A stretch of DNA of 64,000 nt, taken from an uncultured Verrucomicrobiae bacterium (GTDB taxonomy: Bacteria > Verrucomicrobiota > Verrucomicrobiia > Limisphaerales > JAFGQR01). Position 1 is the first letter of the stretch, and each line of letters opens with the position of its first letter. The notes beneath the pieces were generated by a model, which saw only the letters and a list, made by a program, of their open reading frames with translations, did no database searches and had not been told where the DNA came from. Both the position numbers and the translations under genes were made by a program. This document shows, in pieces, positions 1 through 9,765 of this stretch. Location of the stretch: positions 1 through 64,000 of the forward strand of contig CAWBHS010000038.1 in the NCBI GenBank assembly GCA_963788655.1, in the 5' to 3' direction.

Positions 1-727
1 ACCGCTTGTGCTCATCGCGGCGCGGTACCACGGTGCTGCGCACCCAGAGGATATTGCCATTCTTATGAACAATCCGGTGCTCCAGTGGCGGTGGCGTATG
101 GCCGGCCAGAAGCTGCCGGGTTTGTTCTGCACGAGGTCGCGGTCCTTCTCGTTGCACCATCCGATCCACAGGTCACCGTCCCTGGCATATTCCTCGGCAG
201 TGTAGCCCGTGACGCCTTCGCAGCCCGGCCCATGGACGGCTTGCTTGGGGTGGTCGTTTTCCAGGATCACCGAAGGTGTAATCGGTGATGGACTCGAGCA
301 ATTGTTGCAGTCGTTGCTCGCGTTCTTGCAACACCAGTTCGGCGCGCTGCCGCTCAATCGCGAGCAAACCGCCCGGGTCAGCAAGTGCGAATCAAAGCGA
401 CCTTTCACCAGATAGTCCGTGCTCCTTCGCGCACGGCCGGAGCTGGCCAGCGTGTCATCATCCGCACCGCTGAGCACCAGGATTGCCACAGTTCGGTGCT
501 TGGGCGTGGATCCGGGTGAAAGTTTCCAAGCCGAGACTGTCAGGCAGGGAAAGATCACTGAGAATGACATCAAACTCGTCCTCGTGCAGCTTTTGCAGGG
601 CGTCCTTGAGCCGTTCGACGACCGTGATGGAAAAGTGCGTGCGGCTTTCTCCGAGGTAAAGGCAAATCAACCGCGAATCCATGCGGCTGTCCTCGACCAA
701 CAGAACTTTGATCTGCGCCGAATCCAT
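1..727 (-). CDS. Response regulator receiver + PAS sensor protein, frameshifted several times and running off the window edge
   Basis: KVLLVED...FDVILSDLSLPDSLG receiver motif at 458-727; continues in other frames (AIERQRAELVLQEREQRLQQLLESITDY, then a PAS-like GVTGYTAEE segment). Confidence 0.75.
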
Positions 728-835
728 ATCCCAAATTTACAACGCTCAGCTTAGAGTGTCATCGACTTATTATCAAAGTGAGCAAATTTCTTCGGGCCCA
801 CAAACCACCATTGCCGCGCCCAAGCGTTTTCCCTC

Positions 836-1196
836 AATGTCCTGCCGGCGTCCTGTCAGCAGGAACGGAGGCCCCAGGTGCGCTCGAATTGCGGCTTTGG
901 TTCGCGGGGCAAAGTTGCGCTCCACCTGCCTTCAGGATGCTGTAAGCACGCCGTCGAACGTGCCGCTGGCGTCTAGTCTGCAGTAACGGACGCCGAGGGG
1001 CGCTCGAATATCGTCTCTGTTTAATGGGGCAGTGTCTCGTTTGATCCGCCGGCAGGATGTTGGGAAGACTACTGCCGAACGGGCTCGCTGTGTCTCGACG
1101 GCAGGAAACGGACGCCAAAAGGGCGCTCGAAAATCGGCTTTGGTTCGCGGAAATAAGTTATGTTCGACCTGCCGACAAGATGTCGGCAGCACGTTA
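836..1196. repeat. Three decayed tandem REPIN-like units (~121-bp period), same family as the GspJ-leader repeats but in reverse orientation
   Basis: Units start near 836, 957 and 1078; each resembles ACGTGCTGCCGGCGTC...AACGGACGCC..GCGCTCGA...CTGCCGGCAGGATGCCGGCAGCACGTT. Confidence 0.75.
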
Positions 1197-1198
1197 CG

Positions 1199-2448
1199 TT
1201 AGCGTTTGAACACCACAAAAACGGCGAACTCGCCGGGGATATCCAATGCGACCGGATGTCCGTCAAAGACTCCCATGACAGTCGGCGGCCCGAACACTTC
1301 GCGCGGTCGGTGCAATGCAAACGCGTTACCCGGCTTCAAAAACCCGGACAAATCCGCGGCGACCCTTGCTTGCCGGTTCCAGTTGTAATCGCCAGGCGTG
1401 CCCGCAATGGATCATATTTGTTCGGCCGCAGGATAATCTCCGGAACGGATGGCCGTGGCGCTGACTTACCAAGCAGACGGTGACCGCGCTGGATGACCTG
1501 GCCAAACCGGTTGATGATCAGACCGCCGTTGACGATCGTGTTGCCCAGCACTTCGCAATCGAAATTGGTCGGCGCGTTGTAACCCAGTTGCAGATTCAGG
1601 CCGTAAAGAAAATTGGTCAGCACACGAATGCGGTGACTGGGCCGGCCCCCGCCAATCAAGAAGGTGCCGGCGTCGTAGCAGATATTGCCCTCGGCGAGGT
1701 AACCGTTCACATACGCGCGGCTGGAACCGTAGGCGTGCATCGTGTAACCGTACCCGCCGGTCATGATACAATCGGTGATCCGCTTCACACCGTCATTGTT
1801 CTGCGTGTAGATCGCGTGGCCATGGCCGCGATCAGTGCCGGCCCAGCCATTGTCATAAATGAGGCAGCCAGACACTTCGCTGTCGTGCGAACCCACCCAC
1901 CAACTGATGCCCTGACAGTTGTCGTGGATCACCAGGTTGATGAATTTGCAGTGGCTCCCGCTGTGAATGTTCAACCCACCCCAGGGCCGGTTAACATTGC
2001 GATAACTTGGGTCGGGCGGCACGGGTTGAGGTGGTCGCGGCTCTGAAACCAAAATCTCCAGACCCCAAATCCAGAGGTGCGTAGCCGGTTCCTGCACCGT
2101 CAAGCTGCCGTCGAGAGTCACGCGTTCGCCCGGTCGGGCGCGGACCACGATGGGCGCCAGTTCACTCCCGGCCAGCTTCACCACAAAGCCGGCGCTGCCA
2201 ACAGTTCCCGGATATTTGTAAGTTCCGCCACGTAACCACACGGTATCTCCCGGCGTGACTTTCTGCCGGCCAGCCAACGCCGACGCGATGTCCCAGGGCG
2301 ACGATGCCGTGCCTCCACCGCGTTCGGTACCGTTGGTGGCCACCAACCACTCCGCCGCTGGGAGCTGGTTTTCGGAGGCCAAGATGGCCAACGCCGCCAG
2401 GAATAAAGCACAAGTTTTTTTCAAGGAATTCGGTTGTCTCGCGTCCAA
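1199..2448 (-). CDS. Secreted right-handed parallel beta-helix (pectin-lyase-fold) protein; 1-nt frameshift near 1387
   Basis: Signal peptide, GTASSPW and [12 protein letters not shown] motifs, repeated beta-helix turns; adding one T (ATT TAC AAC TGG) extends the ORF to ...[10 protein letters not shown] at 1199. Confidence 0.75.
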
Positions 2449-2502
2449 TCATCGATTATGGCAAGTGCCCGCGCAAACAATTTAATTGAATCTGCAAATA
2501 CG

Positions 2503-3753
2503 ATGATGAAGCAACTGATACGTTCCATTTTGATTCTGGCCTCGCTGACTCTGATCTCCGTGACCATTGCCGCCGGCGCGGACTGGCCGCAATGGCGTGG
2601 TCCGCATCGTGACGGCCGTTGCACCGAAACCGGCCTGTTGAAGCAGTGGCCGGCCGAAGGGCCGCCGCTTGCCTGGAAAGCTCATGGTTTGGGCGATGGC
2701 TATTCCGGTGTGTCCGTCGTGGGAGACCGCATTTACACAATGGGCGATCTCGGGGATGGCAGTTATCTACTGGCGCTGAATCTGGCGGACGGCAAGATCG
2801 TTTGGTCCACCCGCCTCGGCCGGCCAGGCGGCGGTGGTGGTTATCCGGGGCCGCGTTGCACGCCGACGGTGGACGGCGAACTGATCTACGCTTTGAATCA
2901 ACACGGCGACTTGATCTGCGCGGAAGCCGTCACGGGTAAGGAACGGTGGAACCGGAGTTTGAGCAAGGATTTCCACGGCAAAATGATGTCCGGCTGGGGC
3001 TACGCCGAATCGCCACTGGTGGACGGCCAGCAAGTGGTTTGTACACCGGGCGGCCGCGAAGGGACGATTGTTGCCCTGAACAAAAAAACCGGCGAATTGA
3101 TCTGGCGCAGCAAAGAATTCACCGACAACGCGGCGTATTCCTCGCTCATCCTGGAGGAAATCGGCGGGGTGCGGCAGTATCTCCAACTGACCGATGCCAG
3201 TGTAGCTGCGGTGGCGGCCGACGATGGACGATTGTTGTGGCGTGCGGATCGCAGAGGCCGCACGGCGGTGATCACTACACCAATCTTTCATGACAATCTG
3301 GTTTTTGTGACGTCGGCCTATGGCGTGGGGTGCAATCTGTTCAAAGTTACCGCCAGCAGTCCGTTTGAGGCCGAACAGGTCTATGCGAACAAGAACATGG
3401 CCAACCATCACGGCGGCGTGATTCTTCTGGACGGACATTTATATGGTTACTCTGACGGCAAAGGCTGGGTCTGCATGGATTTCAAAACCGGCGAGATTGT
3501 CTGGAACGACAAGAGCCTGGGCAAAGGCTCCATTCTTTACGCAGACGGCCATTTCTATTTGCGCAGTGAAGCATCGACCCGCGGAACGCTGGTCCTGATC
3601 GAAGCCACGCCGGACGGTTACCGGGAACACGGCCGCTTCGATCAACCGGACCGCAGCGGCAAAAACACCTGGCCCCATCCGGTCATTGCCGACGGCAAGC
3701 TGTTCATCCGCGACCAGGATTTGTTGCTCTGCTATGACGTGAAGCAGAAGTGA
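2503..3753 (+). CDS. PQQ-binding-like (BamB-type) beta-propeller repeat protein
   Basis: Signal peptide, DWPQWRGP motif, repeated A.D..TG...W blades. Confidence 0.9.
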   Translation: MMKQLIRSILILASLTLISVTIAAGADWPQWRGPHRDGRCTETGLLKQWPAEGPPLAWKAHGLGDGYSGVSVVGDRIYTMGDLGDGSYLLALNLADGKIVWSTRLGRPGGGGGYPGPRCTPTVDGELIYALNQHGDLICAEAVTGKERWNRSLSKDFHGKMMSGWGYAESPLVDGQQVVCTPGGREGTIVALNKKTGELIWRSKEFTDNAAYSSLILEEIGGVRQYLQLTDASVAAVAADDGRLLWRADRRGRTAVITTPIFHDNLVFVTSAYGVGCNLFKVTASSPFEAEQVYANKNMANHHGGVILLDGHLYGYSDGKGWVCMDFKTGEIVWNDKSLGKGSILYADGHFYLRSEASTRGTLVLIEATPDGYREHGRFDQPDRSGKNTWPHPVIADGKLFIRDQDLLLCYDVKQK

Positions 3754-3763
3754 GGGGTGACCA

Positions 3764-4690
3764 TTACCCCAATGCTGCTATGGTCGCTTCCAGACTGGGC
3801 ACATCGGCCACGTTGAGCATTTGGACGCTGGGATTGATGCGTTTCATGAAACCGCTCAGGGCCTTGCCCGGCCCCAGTTCAATGAAGCGGGTGAAGCCTT
3901 GATCCAACAAATAGCGGATCGAAGCCTCCCATCTCACCGGAGACGTTACTTGCTCCACCAGCCGGCGGTGAATGTCCGATGGGGCGCCGTGCGGTTGGGC
4001 GGTGACGTTCGAAATCACGGGCAGCGCGGGAATGCCAATCGGGATCGCCCCCAGCGCGGCTTCGAGCTTGGGTTGGGCGCCGGCCATGAGTTGTGAATGA
4101 TAAGCGCCGGCAACCGGCAACGGCAACGCCCGGCGCGCCCCTTTGGCTTTGGCCAACTCACACGCTTTGTCCAAGTTGGCGGTCGGTCCGGAGATGACGA
4201 TTTGGCCCGGACAATTCAGATTGGCCAGTTCCACGCCGGCTTCCGCGCACACTTCCCGCGTGGGAGCTTCGTCCAATCCGATGATCGCCGCCATGCCGCC
4301 CTGGGTGGCTTCGCAGGCTTCCTGCATGAACAGTCCACGCTGACGCACGGCTTTGAGGCTGTCCTCGAAAGTAAACACCCCCGCGGCCGTTAGCGCGGTG
4401 AATTCGCCCAGCGATAAACCAGCAGTGGCGGCAAACGTCAGCTCCGGCCGGCGTTCCTTCAACAATTCGAACGCTACCCAACCCACCAGGAAAATCCCCG
4501 GCTGGGCGTGTTCCGTCTTGGTCAGTTCCGATTCCGGTCCGGCAAAACAGACTTGGGCCAGGTCGTAGCCAAGGGCAGCATTCGCCCGGTCGAACCAGGC
4601 CCGCGCGGTCGGGAACTGGTCCGCCAGGTCTCTTCCCATGCCGACGGTCTGGGCACCTTGCCCGGCAAATAATAATGCGGTTTTGCTCAT
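3764..4690 (-). CDS. fabD: Malonyl CoA-ACP transacylase
   Basis: LFAGQGAQ, AGLSLGEF catalytic Ser motif, AGAYHS, SPVRW, ELGPG. Confidence 0.95.
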   Translation of the reverse strand: MSKTALLFAGQGAQTVGMGRDLADQFPTARAWFDRANAALGYDLAQVCFAGPESELTKTEHAQPGIFLVGWVAFELLKERRPELTFAATAGLSLGEFTALTAAGVFTFEDSLKAVRQRGLFMQEACEATQGGMAAIIGLDEAPTREVCAEAGVELANLNCPGQIVISGPTANLDKACELAKAKGARRALPLPVAGAYHSQLMAGAQPKLEAALGAIPIGIPALPVISNVTAQPHGAPSDIHRRLVEQVTSPVRWEASIRYLLDQGFTRFIELGPGKALSGFMKRINPSVQMLNVADVPSLEATIAALG

Positions 4691-4752
4691 CGCTTGCGGG
4701 GACTAAACACAAAATTCGCGTCCAGGGAAAGCCGCTTTTGTGCTGACGGGTT

Positions 4753-4854
4753 GTAGTTCGGAGTCCCGCCTTCAGGCGGCATGGCGCCCGGATAGCATAT
4801 TGCAACACGATGGAATTGGGGCACCGCGCCGCTGGCTGAAGCCGGGACTCCGAA
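4753..4854. repeat. Inverted REP pair (REPIN-like) between fabD and gspG
   Basis: GTAGTTCGGAGTCCCGCCTTCAGGCGG ... GGCTGAAGCCGGGACTCCGAAC. Confidence 0.7.
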
Positions 4855-4985
4855 CCGCGACGTTTCAACGCCCCCGCCCGGCAGAACCGCACCCATAAGC
4901 TGGCTACCAAGCGGCCAAAGAATTTGAATCTTGCGGAAATTTGGCACGTCTAGTTAGCATTGACGATGTTGAATCAAAGAACGAT

Positions 4986-5522
4986 ATGACCATTCTGAAA
5001 ACTGTCTCGAGAACCCGCAGGTCGGCGCCCACCGCCGGTTTTACCCTCATTGAAGTCTTGCTGGTGATTGTCATCATCCTCTTGCTGGCCGGGGCGCTGG
5101 TGGTGTTTGTGCTGCCGCAGCAGGAAGGCGCGGAGAAGAACACGACCCGGTTAAAACTAAACAATATCGCCACCGCTCTGGATACCTACCGGCTCAACAT
5201 CGGCCATTATCCCACGGAGGACGAAGGTGGGCTGGAAGCGCTGTTGAAGAAACCGAGTTTTGAGAATGAGCGCCTGGCCGAAAAATGGATGGGACCCTAT
5301 CTCAAACCGGGTACGAAGTTGGAAGACTCCTGGAACAACAAACTTGAATACGAAGTGGTGGACCGGACGCTCGAAACCGAAAACGTGGGTTTGCCGTATC
5401 GGCTGTATTCCATCGGTCCGGACGGCCAACCCGACACCGATGACGACATCAAGTATGCCACGGAAGTCGAAACCGACACCATGGGCACCGGCTCGGCTTC
5501 GGACAGTTCGACGACCAAGTAA
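4986..5522 (+). CDS. gspG: Type II secretion major pseudopilin
   Basis: G|FTLIEVL prepilin motif; ALDTYRLNIGHYPT, WMGPYL, DSWNN, YSIGPDGQPDTDDDI T2SSG signature. Confidence 0.92.
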   Translation: MTILKTVSRTRRSAPTAGFTLIEVLLVIVIILLLAGALVVFVLPQQEGAEKNTTRLKLNNIATALDTYRLNIGHYPTEDEGGLEALLKKPSFENERLAEKWMGPYLKPGTKLEDSWNNKLEYEVVDRTLETENVGLPYRLYSIGPDGQPDTDDDIKYATEVETDTMGTGSASDSSTTK

Positions 5523-5537
5523 TCCCACGGAACTACC

Positions 5538-6272
5538 ATGACCATCGCGACCGGTCTGCGTCGGCAGAGGGCCGGTCAGGGCTTCACCTTAATCGAGCTC
5601 CTGCTGACGTGTTTGCTCCTGCTGCTCCTTTACGGGGCCGTCGCCTTCAGCTTTGACAGCTTGCAGCGGGGTGCCGGACTCCAGGAAGCGGCGCTGCAAA
5701 TGGAAGGCTTGCTGCACTACGCTCGCGCCCAGGCCGCGCAAACCGGACGCCGCGTCCAACTCAGCTTTGAAGAGAAAATCGATGACGATTTTTACGTGGC
5801 CCTTGGCGGGCTTCGCGTGGTGTGGGAACCGGATCCGTTGGAGCAACCCGGCGTCTTCGTGCCGTTGCCGGCTGCTTCGGATTATGTGAAAGGCATTACG
5901 AAAGCGGTCATGGTGGAAAGCGTTCGCCTGTTGGATGTCAATGGCAAGGAGCTGGCGTCCGAATCCGCTTCGGCGGACGACGGGTCGTTCGCCTTCGATG
6001 ATCCGTTCTCGATGTCCACGCCGCCAATCAATTTCTATCCGGACGGCTCCAGTGATTCCGCGAAAATCACCATCACGTCCTGGGACTACGACGATCCCCG
6101 GCGCATGGAGGTCAAGCTGGTGGGCGTCACCGGATCGATTCGACGGAGAATGGTGGACGAGGAGGCGGATGAGATGGGCATGGAAGCGCTGGATGATTCA
6201 ACCAACACCGATTCCCTGGGAACCTCGAGTTCGGGGAATTCAGTCACCCCGATAACTTCATCGCCCCAATAG
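5538..6272 (+). CDS. gspH: GspH/FimT-like minor pseudopilin
   Basis: G|FTLIELL; LHYARAQA; INFYPDGSS motif. Confidence 0.8.
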   Translation: MTIATGLRRQRAGQGFTLIELLLTCLLLLLLYGAVAFSFDSLQRGAGLQEAALQMEGLLHYARAQAAQTGRRVQLSFEEKIDDDFYVALGGLRVVWEPDPLEQPGVFVPLPAASDYVKGITKAVMVESVRLLDVNGKELASESASADDGSFAFDDPFSMSTPPINFYPDGSSDSAKITITSWDYDDPRRMEVKLVGVTGSIRRRMVDEEADEMGMEALDDSTNTDSLGTSSSGNSVTPITSSPQ

Positions 6273-6300
6273 CCACGGGAGCCAGCTCGCGCCCAAGCCT

Positions 6301-6972
6301 ATGAAACTTTCCTTCCTCAGCCGTAACGCTTCACTTGGCGGACCAGTGACGGGACGATTCGGCGAGGTAGGGCAGGCGTCTCGCCGGTCTCGAATAGCCG
6401 CGGGCTTTCCTCACCTTTTCGTGACGCTGAGAAAGTCCGGGCGATGCAACACAACTCCTTGGTTTACTTCCGTTCGGGACCGGCGGGACGCCTGTCCTAC
6501 TGAATCGTTACGGCTCGGCAGCAAACTTTCGTTCCGGTCGCGCGAGCGCGGGGCCGTACTGCTGGAAGTCGTCCTGGCGCTGATTCTTTTTGTGGCCGCT
6601 GCCGCCGTGATCACCGGCGGTATGCATGCTTCCCTGGATTCGGTGGACCGGATGCGGTTGAACACGCACGCCGCCGATCTGGCCATCTCCGTGATCTCGG
6701 AATTGCAACTGGGTATCCGCGGCCTCGATCTGACCGGTCCCGAACCGTTCGAGCCGCCTTACGAAAACTGGACGTGGGAAATTGTGATCACATCCGATGA
6801 GGTCCCGGTAGTTGGGAGTGGATTGGCGATCGAGGAAGAATCGCCGCTAACTCAAGTGGAAGTGATCATTCGGCACCAGGATCCGCCCCTGACGTACCGT
6901 TTGTCGCAGCTTATCCGGCCGGGTGCGGTGAGCCCGCCCACGGAAGAATCGGAACTTGAAACGACGTACTGA
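6301..6972 (+). CDS. gspI: GspI-like minor pseudopilin with an 84-aa leader containing an in-frame repeat
   Basis: RERG|AVLLEVVLAL prepilin-like site at 6553; operon position. Confidence 0.7.
   Translation: MKLSFLSRNASLGGPVTGRFGEVGQASRRSRIAAGFPHLFVTLRKSGRCNTTPWFTSVRDRRDACPTESLRLGSKLSFRSRERGAVLLEVVLALILFVAAAAVITGGMHASLDSVDRMRLNTHAADLAISVISELQLGIRGLDLTGPEPFEPPYENWTWEIVITSDEVPVVGSGLAIEEESPLTQVEVIIRHQDPPLTYRLSQLIRPGAVSPPTEESELETTY
6319..6515. repeat. REPIN/MITE (GTAG-GACAGGCG family) inside the GspI leader
   Basis: Outer IR AGCCGTAACG/CGTTACGGCT; inner GTAGGGCAGGCGTCTCGCC...CGGGACGCCTGTCCTAC; homologous copy at 36957-37184. Confidence 0.85.
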
Positions 6973-8203
6973 CATACGGAACCGCCTCACGTGGTTCAGC
7001 CAAGCACCGGTCCTTGCCGGTGCGTGCAACGTGCTGCCGGCATCCTGCCGGCAGGGCGAACGGGAGAATTGGCAACGAACGTTGTCGGCACGTCGAGCGC
7101 ACTTGGCGCGTCCGTTTCTGCCGGCGGGACGCCGGCAGCACGCTGCTGGCGCCCCCAACGTGCTGCCGGCATCCTGCCGGCAGGGCGAGCGGGAGAATTG
7201 GCAACGAATGGTGTCGGCACGTCGAGCGCACTTGGCGCATCCGTTTCTGCCGGCGAGACGCCGGCAGCACGCTGCTGGCGCCCCCAACGTGCTGCCGGCA
7301 TCCTGCCGGCAGGGCGAACGGGAGGATTGGCAGCGAACGTTGTCGGCCCGTCGAGCGCACTTGGCGCGTCCGTTACTGCCGGCGGGACGCCGGCAGCACG
7401 CTGCGGGCTTTACGTTAATCGAAGTCATTCTTGCCATATTCATTGCGATGGGTCTGCTGTTGGTGGTGCTCTTCTTTTATCATCAAACCACCCGTCTGCG
7501 GACCCAACTGCTCCAGGAAACCGAACGCCTTTCCGCCATTCGCCTGCTGCTTGACCGTCTGACCACCGATCTGCGCTGCGCGCGCACCGATTTCTCGCTG
7601 GGTATGGGGCTGACCGGCGATGCCACCTCGCTCGACTTTGTAAGCACCGGCGTGCCGTCGCTCATCGCCTGGCAGGGCGCGTCGCCCGGTCGTGCCGTTC
7701 GCGCGGAGACCGATTTGCGGCGCATCAGTTACCGGGCCACGACGGGTCTGGTGGATACCAACGTGGTCATCACTGGATTCACGCGGGAGGAACAGCCGCT
7801 CGTTGAACAACGGCAAACCGAAGATATTCTGGCCGACGATCTGGGGGGCTTCTTCCTGGAAGATGAACCGTTGCCGGCCGAGGAACCGTTGACCGACACG
7901 ATTCATTTTGTGCGGTTCCGGTATTGGGATGGTTCGGCCTGGCAAGACTCATGGGATTCCACCGATCTACCGACCGGCGTGGAAGTGAATTTTGGTGGCG
8001 AACCATTGCCGGAGGATCTCACCGCGGACGAATATCCGTACGAATTGTTCCGGCGGGTGATTTATCTCCCCGGCAGCACCGCCAACATTGGCGACGCCTG
8101 GCTGGATGAATTGATGGATGAGATCATGTCCTATGACGATTCAGCCCCCACGGACGAAACGGCCCCCGCCGAGGCCACCACACCAGCGGAGGGAACGCCG
8201 TGA
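6956..8203 (+). CDS. gspJ: GspJ-like minor pseudopilin with a repeat-expanded leader (start codon uncertain)
   Basis: AG|FTLIEVIL at 7409; FRYWDGSAWQDSWD..LPTGVEV C-terminal GspJ-like motif. Confidence 0.75.
   Translation: MKRRTDIRNRLTWFSQAPVLAGACNVLPASCRQGERENWQRTLSARRAHLARPFLPAGRRQHAAGAPNVLPASCRQGERENWQRMVSARRAHLAHPFLPARRRQHAAGAPNVLPASCRQGEREDWQRTLSARRAHLARPLLPAGRRQHAAGFTLIEVILAIFIAMGLLLVVLFFYHQTTRLRTQLLQETERLSAIRLLLDRLTTDLRCARTDFSLGMGLTGDATSLDFVSTGVPSLIAWQGASPGRAVRAETDLRRISYRATTGLVDTNVVITGFTREEQPLVEQRQTEDILADDLGGFFLEDEPLPAEEPLTDTIHFVRFRYWDGSAWQDSWDSTDLPTGVEVNFGGEPLPEDLTADEYPYELFRRVIYLPGSTANIGDAWLDELMDEIMSYDDSAPTDETAPAEATTPAEGTP
7028..7403. repeat. Three near-identical tandem 129-bp REPIN units, in frame in the GspJ leader
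   Basis: Units start at 7028, 7157 and 7286; each bounded by AACGTGCTGCCGGC...GCCGGCAGCACGCT. Confidence 0.95.
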
Positions 8204-9765
8204 ACCGTCCGGCGCCCATCACTACGCTTCGCCGCAAAAAACGGGCGCCGCACTTCGCGGTTGGCACGACGGCGACACTTGTGCAAAACGGGGCGCGGCC
8301 TTCAGGCCGCTTCAAGCCCCGGAAGATACTCAGTGGTTTGCCCAGTAGTGCGACGAAGCGGCGTAAACGCCGCGCTCCGACCGTAATTGACCTCACGTGT
8401 CGCAATAGTGCTGGCTCCGGTTTCGTCCTCATTGCCGTGCTGGTGGTGATCATGCTGACGTCGATGATCGCAATCAGCCTGCTGTTCCGGGTGCGGGCGG
8501 AAGACACCGCCAGCGCTGCCAGTGCCGGGAATGAACAAGCCTGGGCCGCGGCCATGAGTGGCGTGCAGGAAGTGATGCGGTTTATGAAAGCATGTCCGGC
8601 CGGCTCGCTGGACTGGCAGAACAGCCCGGACACGTTTCACGATCACCAAGTGTTCGATGACGGCGCTGACCGCTGGTATTTCACGGTTTTCACGGCGGGC
8701 GATCCGACGGAACTGGAAGAGATTCGTTACGGCCTGACGGATGAAGCCAGCAAACTTAACGTCAATGAAGCCACCGAGGAAGCCCTGGGTAAACTGCCGA
8801 AAATGGAACCGCAACTGGTGCAGGCGCTGCTCGATTTCATCGACCTCGATGATGAGGCGCGCCCCGAAGGTGCCGAACAGGAGTATTACGATGCGCTGCC
8901 GAATCCCTACGTGATTCGCAACGAGCCGCTGGCTTCGCTGGACGAATTGTTGCTGGTGCGCGGTTTCACGCCGTCCCTTGTGTACGGCGAAGACATGAAC
9001 CTCAATTTCCGGTTGGACCCCAATGAAAACGACAGCGACCAATCGTTTCCGCCCGACGACAACAACGGCAAACTGGATTTGGGCTTGCGCGGCTATCTGA
9101 CGGTGGCTTCGTACGACTTGAACGAAGACAGCGACGGTTTCCCCCGGACCAACATCAATGACCCGGACGACCCTTTGCCGGACACGGACCTGCCGGACAC
9201 CACCCTTGCCTACCTCGAGGCGTTGCGCCGGAGTGGGGTGTCGCTCGAACAACCGGCTGACTTGCTGGACGCCAAAGAAAAATTGAAAGATGAGAATGGC
9301 AAAGAAGTCGAAATGGAATCCGGCGTTGATAAAGCCGTGCTGGCGACGGTGCTGGATGTATTGACAACCACCGCCGACACGCGGTTCGATGGGCTCATCA
9401 ACATCAACACGGCCTCGGCGACGGTGCTCCAAACCATACCGGGCATTGACAGCTTGGTGGCGGAGTCCATCCTGTCTGCCCGGCATTATGTGGCGCCGGA
9501 ACGCCGCCAGACCATTGCCTGGCTGTTGCAGGAAGGCGCGGTTTCTGCGGACGTGTTTAAGCAGATTGCGCCTCATCTGACGGCGCGCAGTTATCAATAC
9601 AGTTTTCATGTGATTGGATACGGAGTTCCCTCCGGACGTTATCGAGTGTTTGAAGCAACCGTGGATTTTGGACAGGTCGAACCGGCAATCTCGTATTTGC
9701 GCGAGATCACCCGGCTGGGCTTGCCATTCAAAATCGAAGTGAACCAGGAGGTGACCAGTGGCTAA
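8200..9765 (+). CDS. gspK: Type II secretion minor pseudopilin GspK with a 74-aa leader containing a repeat
   Basis: SG|FVLIAVLVV; DEASKLNVN, ALLDFIDLD, GAEQEYY, ELLLVRG, ININTAS GspK motifs. Confidence 0.9.
   Translation: MNRPAPITTLRRKKRAPHFAVGTTATLVQNGARPSGRFKPRKILSGLPSSATKRRKRRAPTVIDLTCRNSAGSGFVLIAVLVVIMLTSMIAISLLFRVRAEDTASAASAGNEQAWAAAMSGVQEVMRFMKACPAGSLDWQNSPDTFHDHQVFDDGADRWYFTVFTAGDPTELEEIRYGLTDEASKLNVNEATEEALGKLPKMEPQLVQALLDFIDLDDEARPEGAEQEYYDALPNPYVIRNEPLASLDELLLVRGFTPSLVYGEDMNLNFRLDPNENDSDQSFPPDDNNGKLDLGLRGYLTVASYDLNEDSDGFPRTNINDPDDPLPDTDLPDTTLAYLEALRRSGVSLEQPADLLDAKEKLKDENGKEVEMESGVDKAVLATVLDVLTTTADTRFDGLININTASATVLQTIPGIDSLVAESILSARHYVAPERRQTIAWLLQEGAVSADVFKQIAPHLTARSYQYSFHVIGYGVPSGRYRVFEATVDFGQVEPAISYLREITRLGLPFKIEVNQEVTSG
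8221..8387. repeat. REPIN-like element in the GspK leader
   Basis: Inverted pair GGGGCGCGGCCTTCAGGCCGCTTC (8290) / GAAGCGGCGTAAACGCCGCGCTCC (8355). Confidence 0.75.

Noticed and set aside
4942..4958. sigma54 promoter upstream of gspG (TGGCACG...)
   Set aside because: The GC element is 2 nt out of register; a similar motif at 43520 is 1 nt off and overlaps the start codon.
7028..7403. CRISPR array
   Set aside because: The spacers are near-identical, the unit is 129 bp and palindromic at both ends, and no cas genes are present.
9390..9480. ComEA-like DNA-binding HhH motif in GspK as evidence for DNA uptake
   Set aside because: Such helix-hairpin-helix/SAM-like segments are a normal part of GspK.
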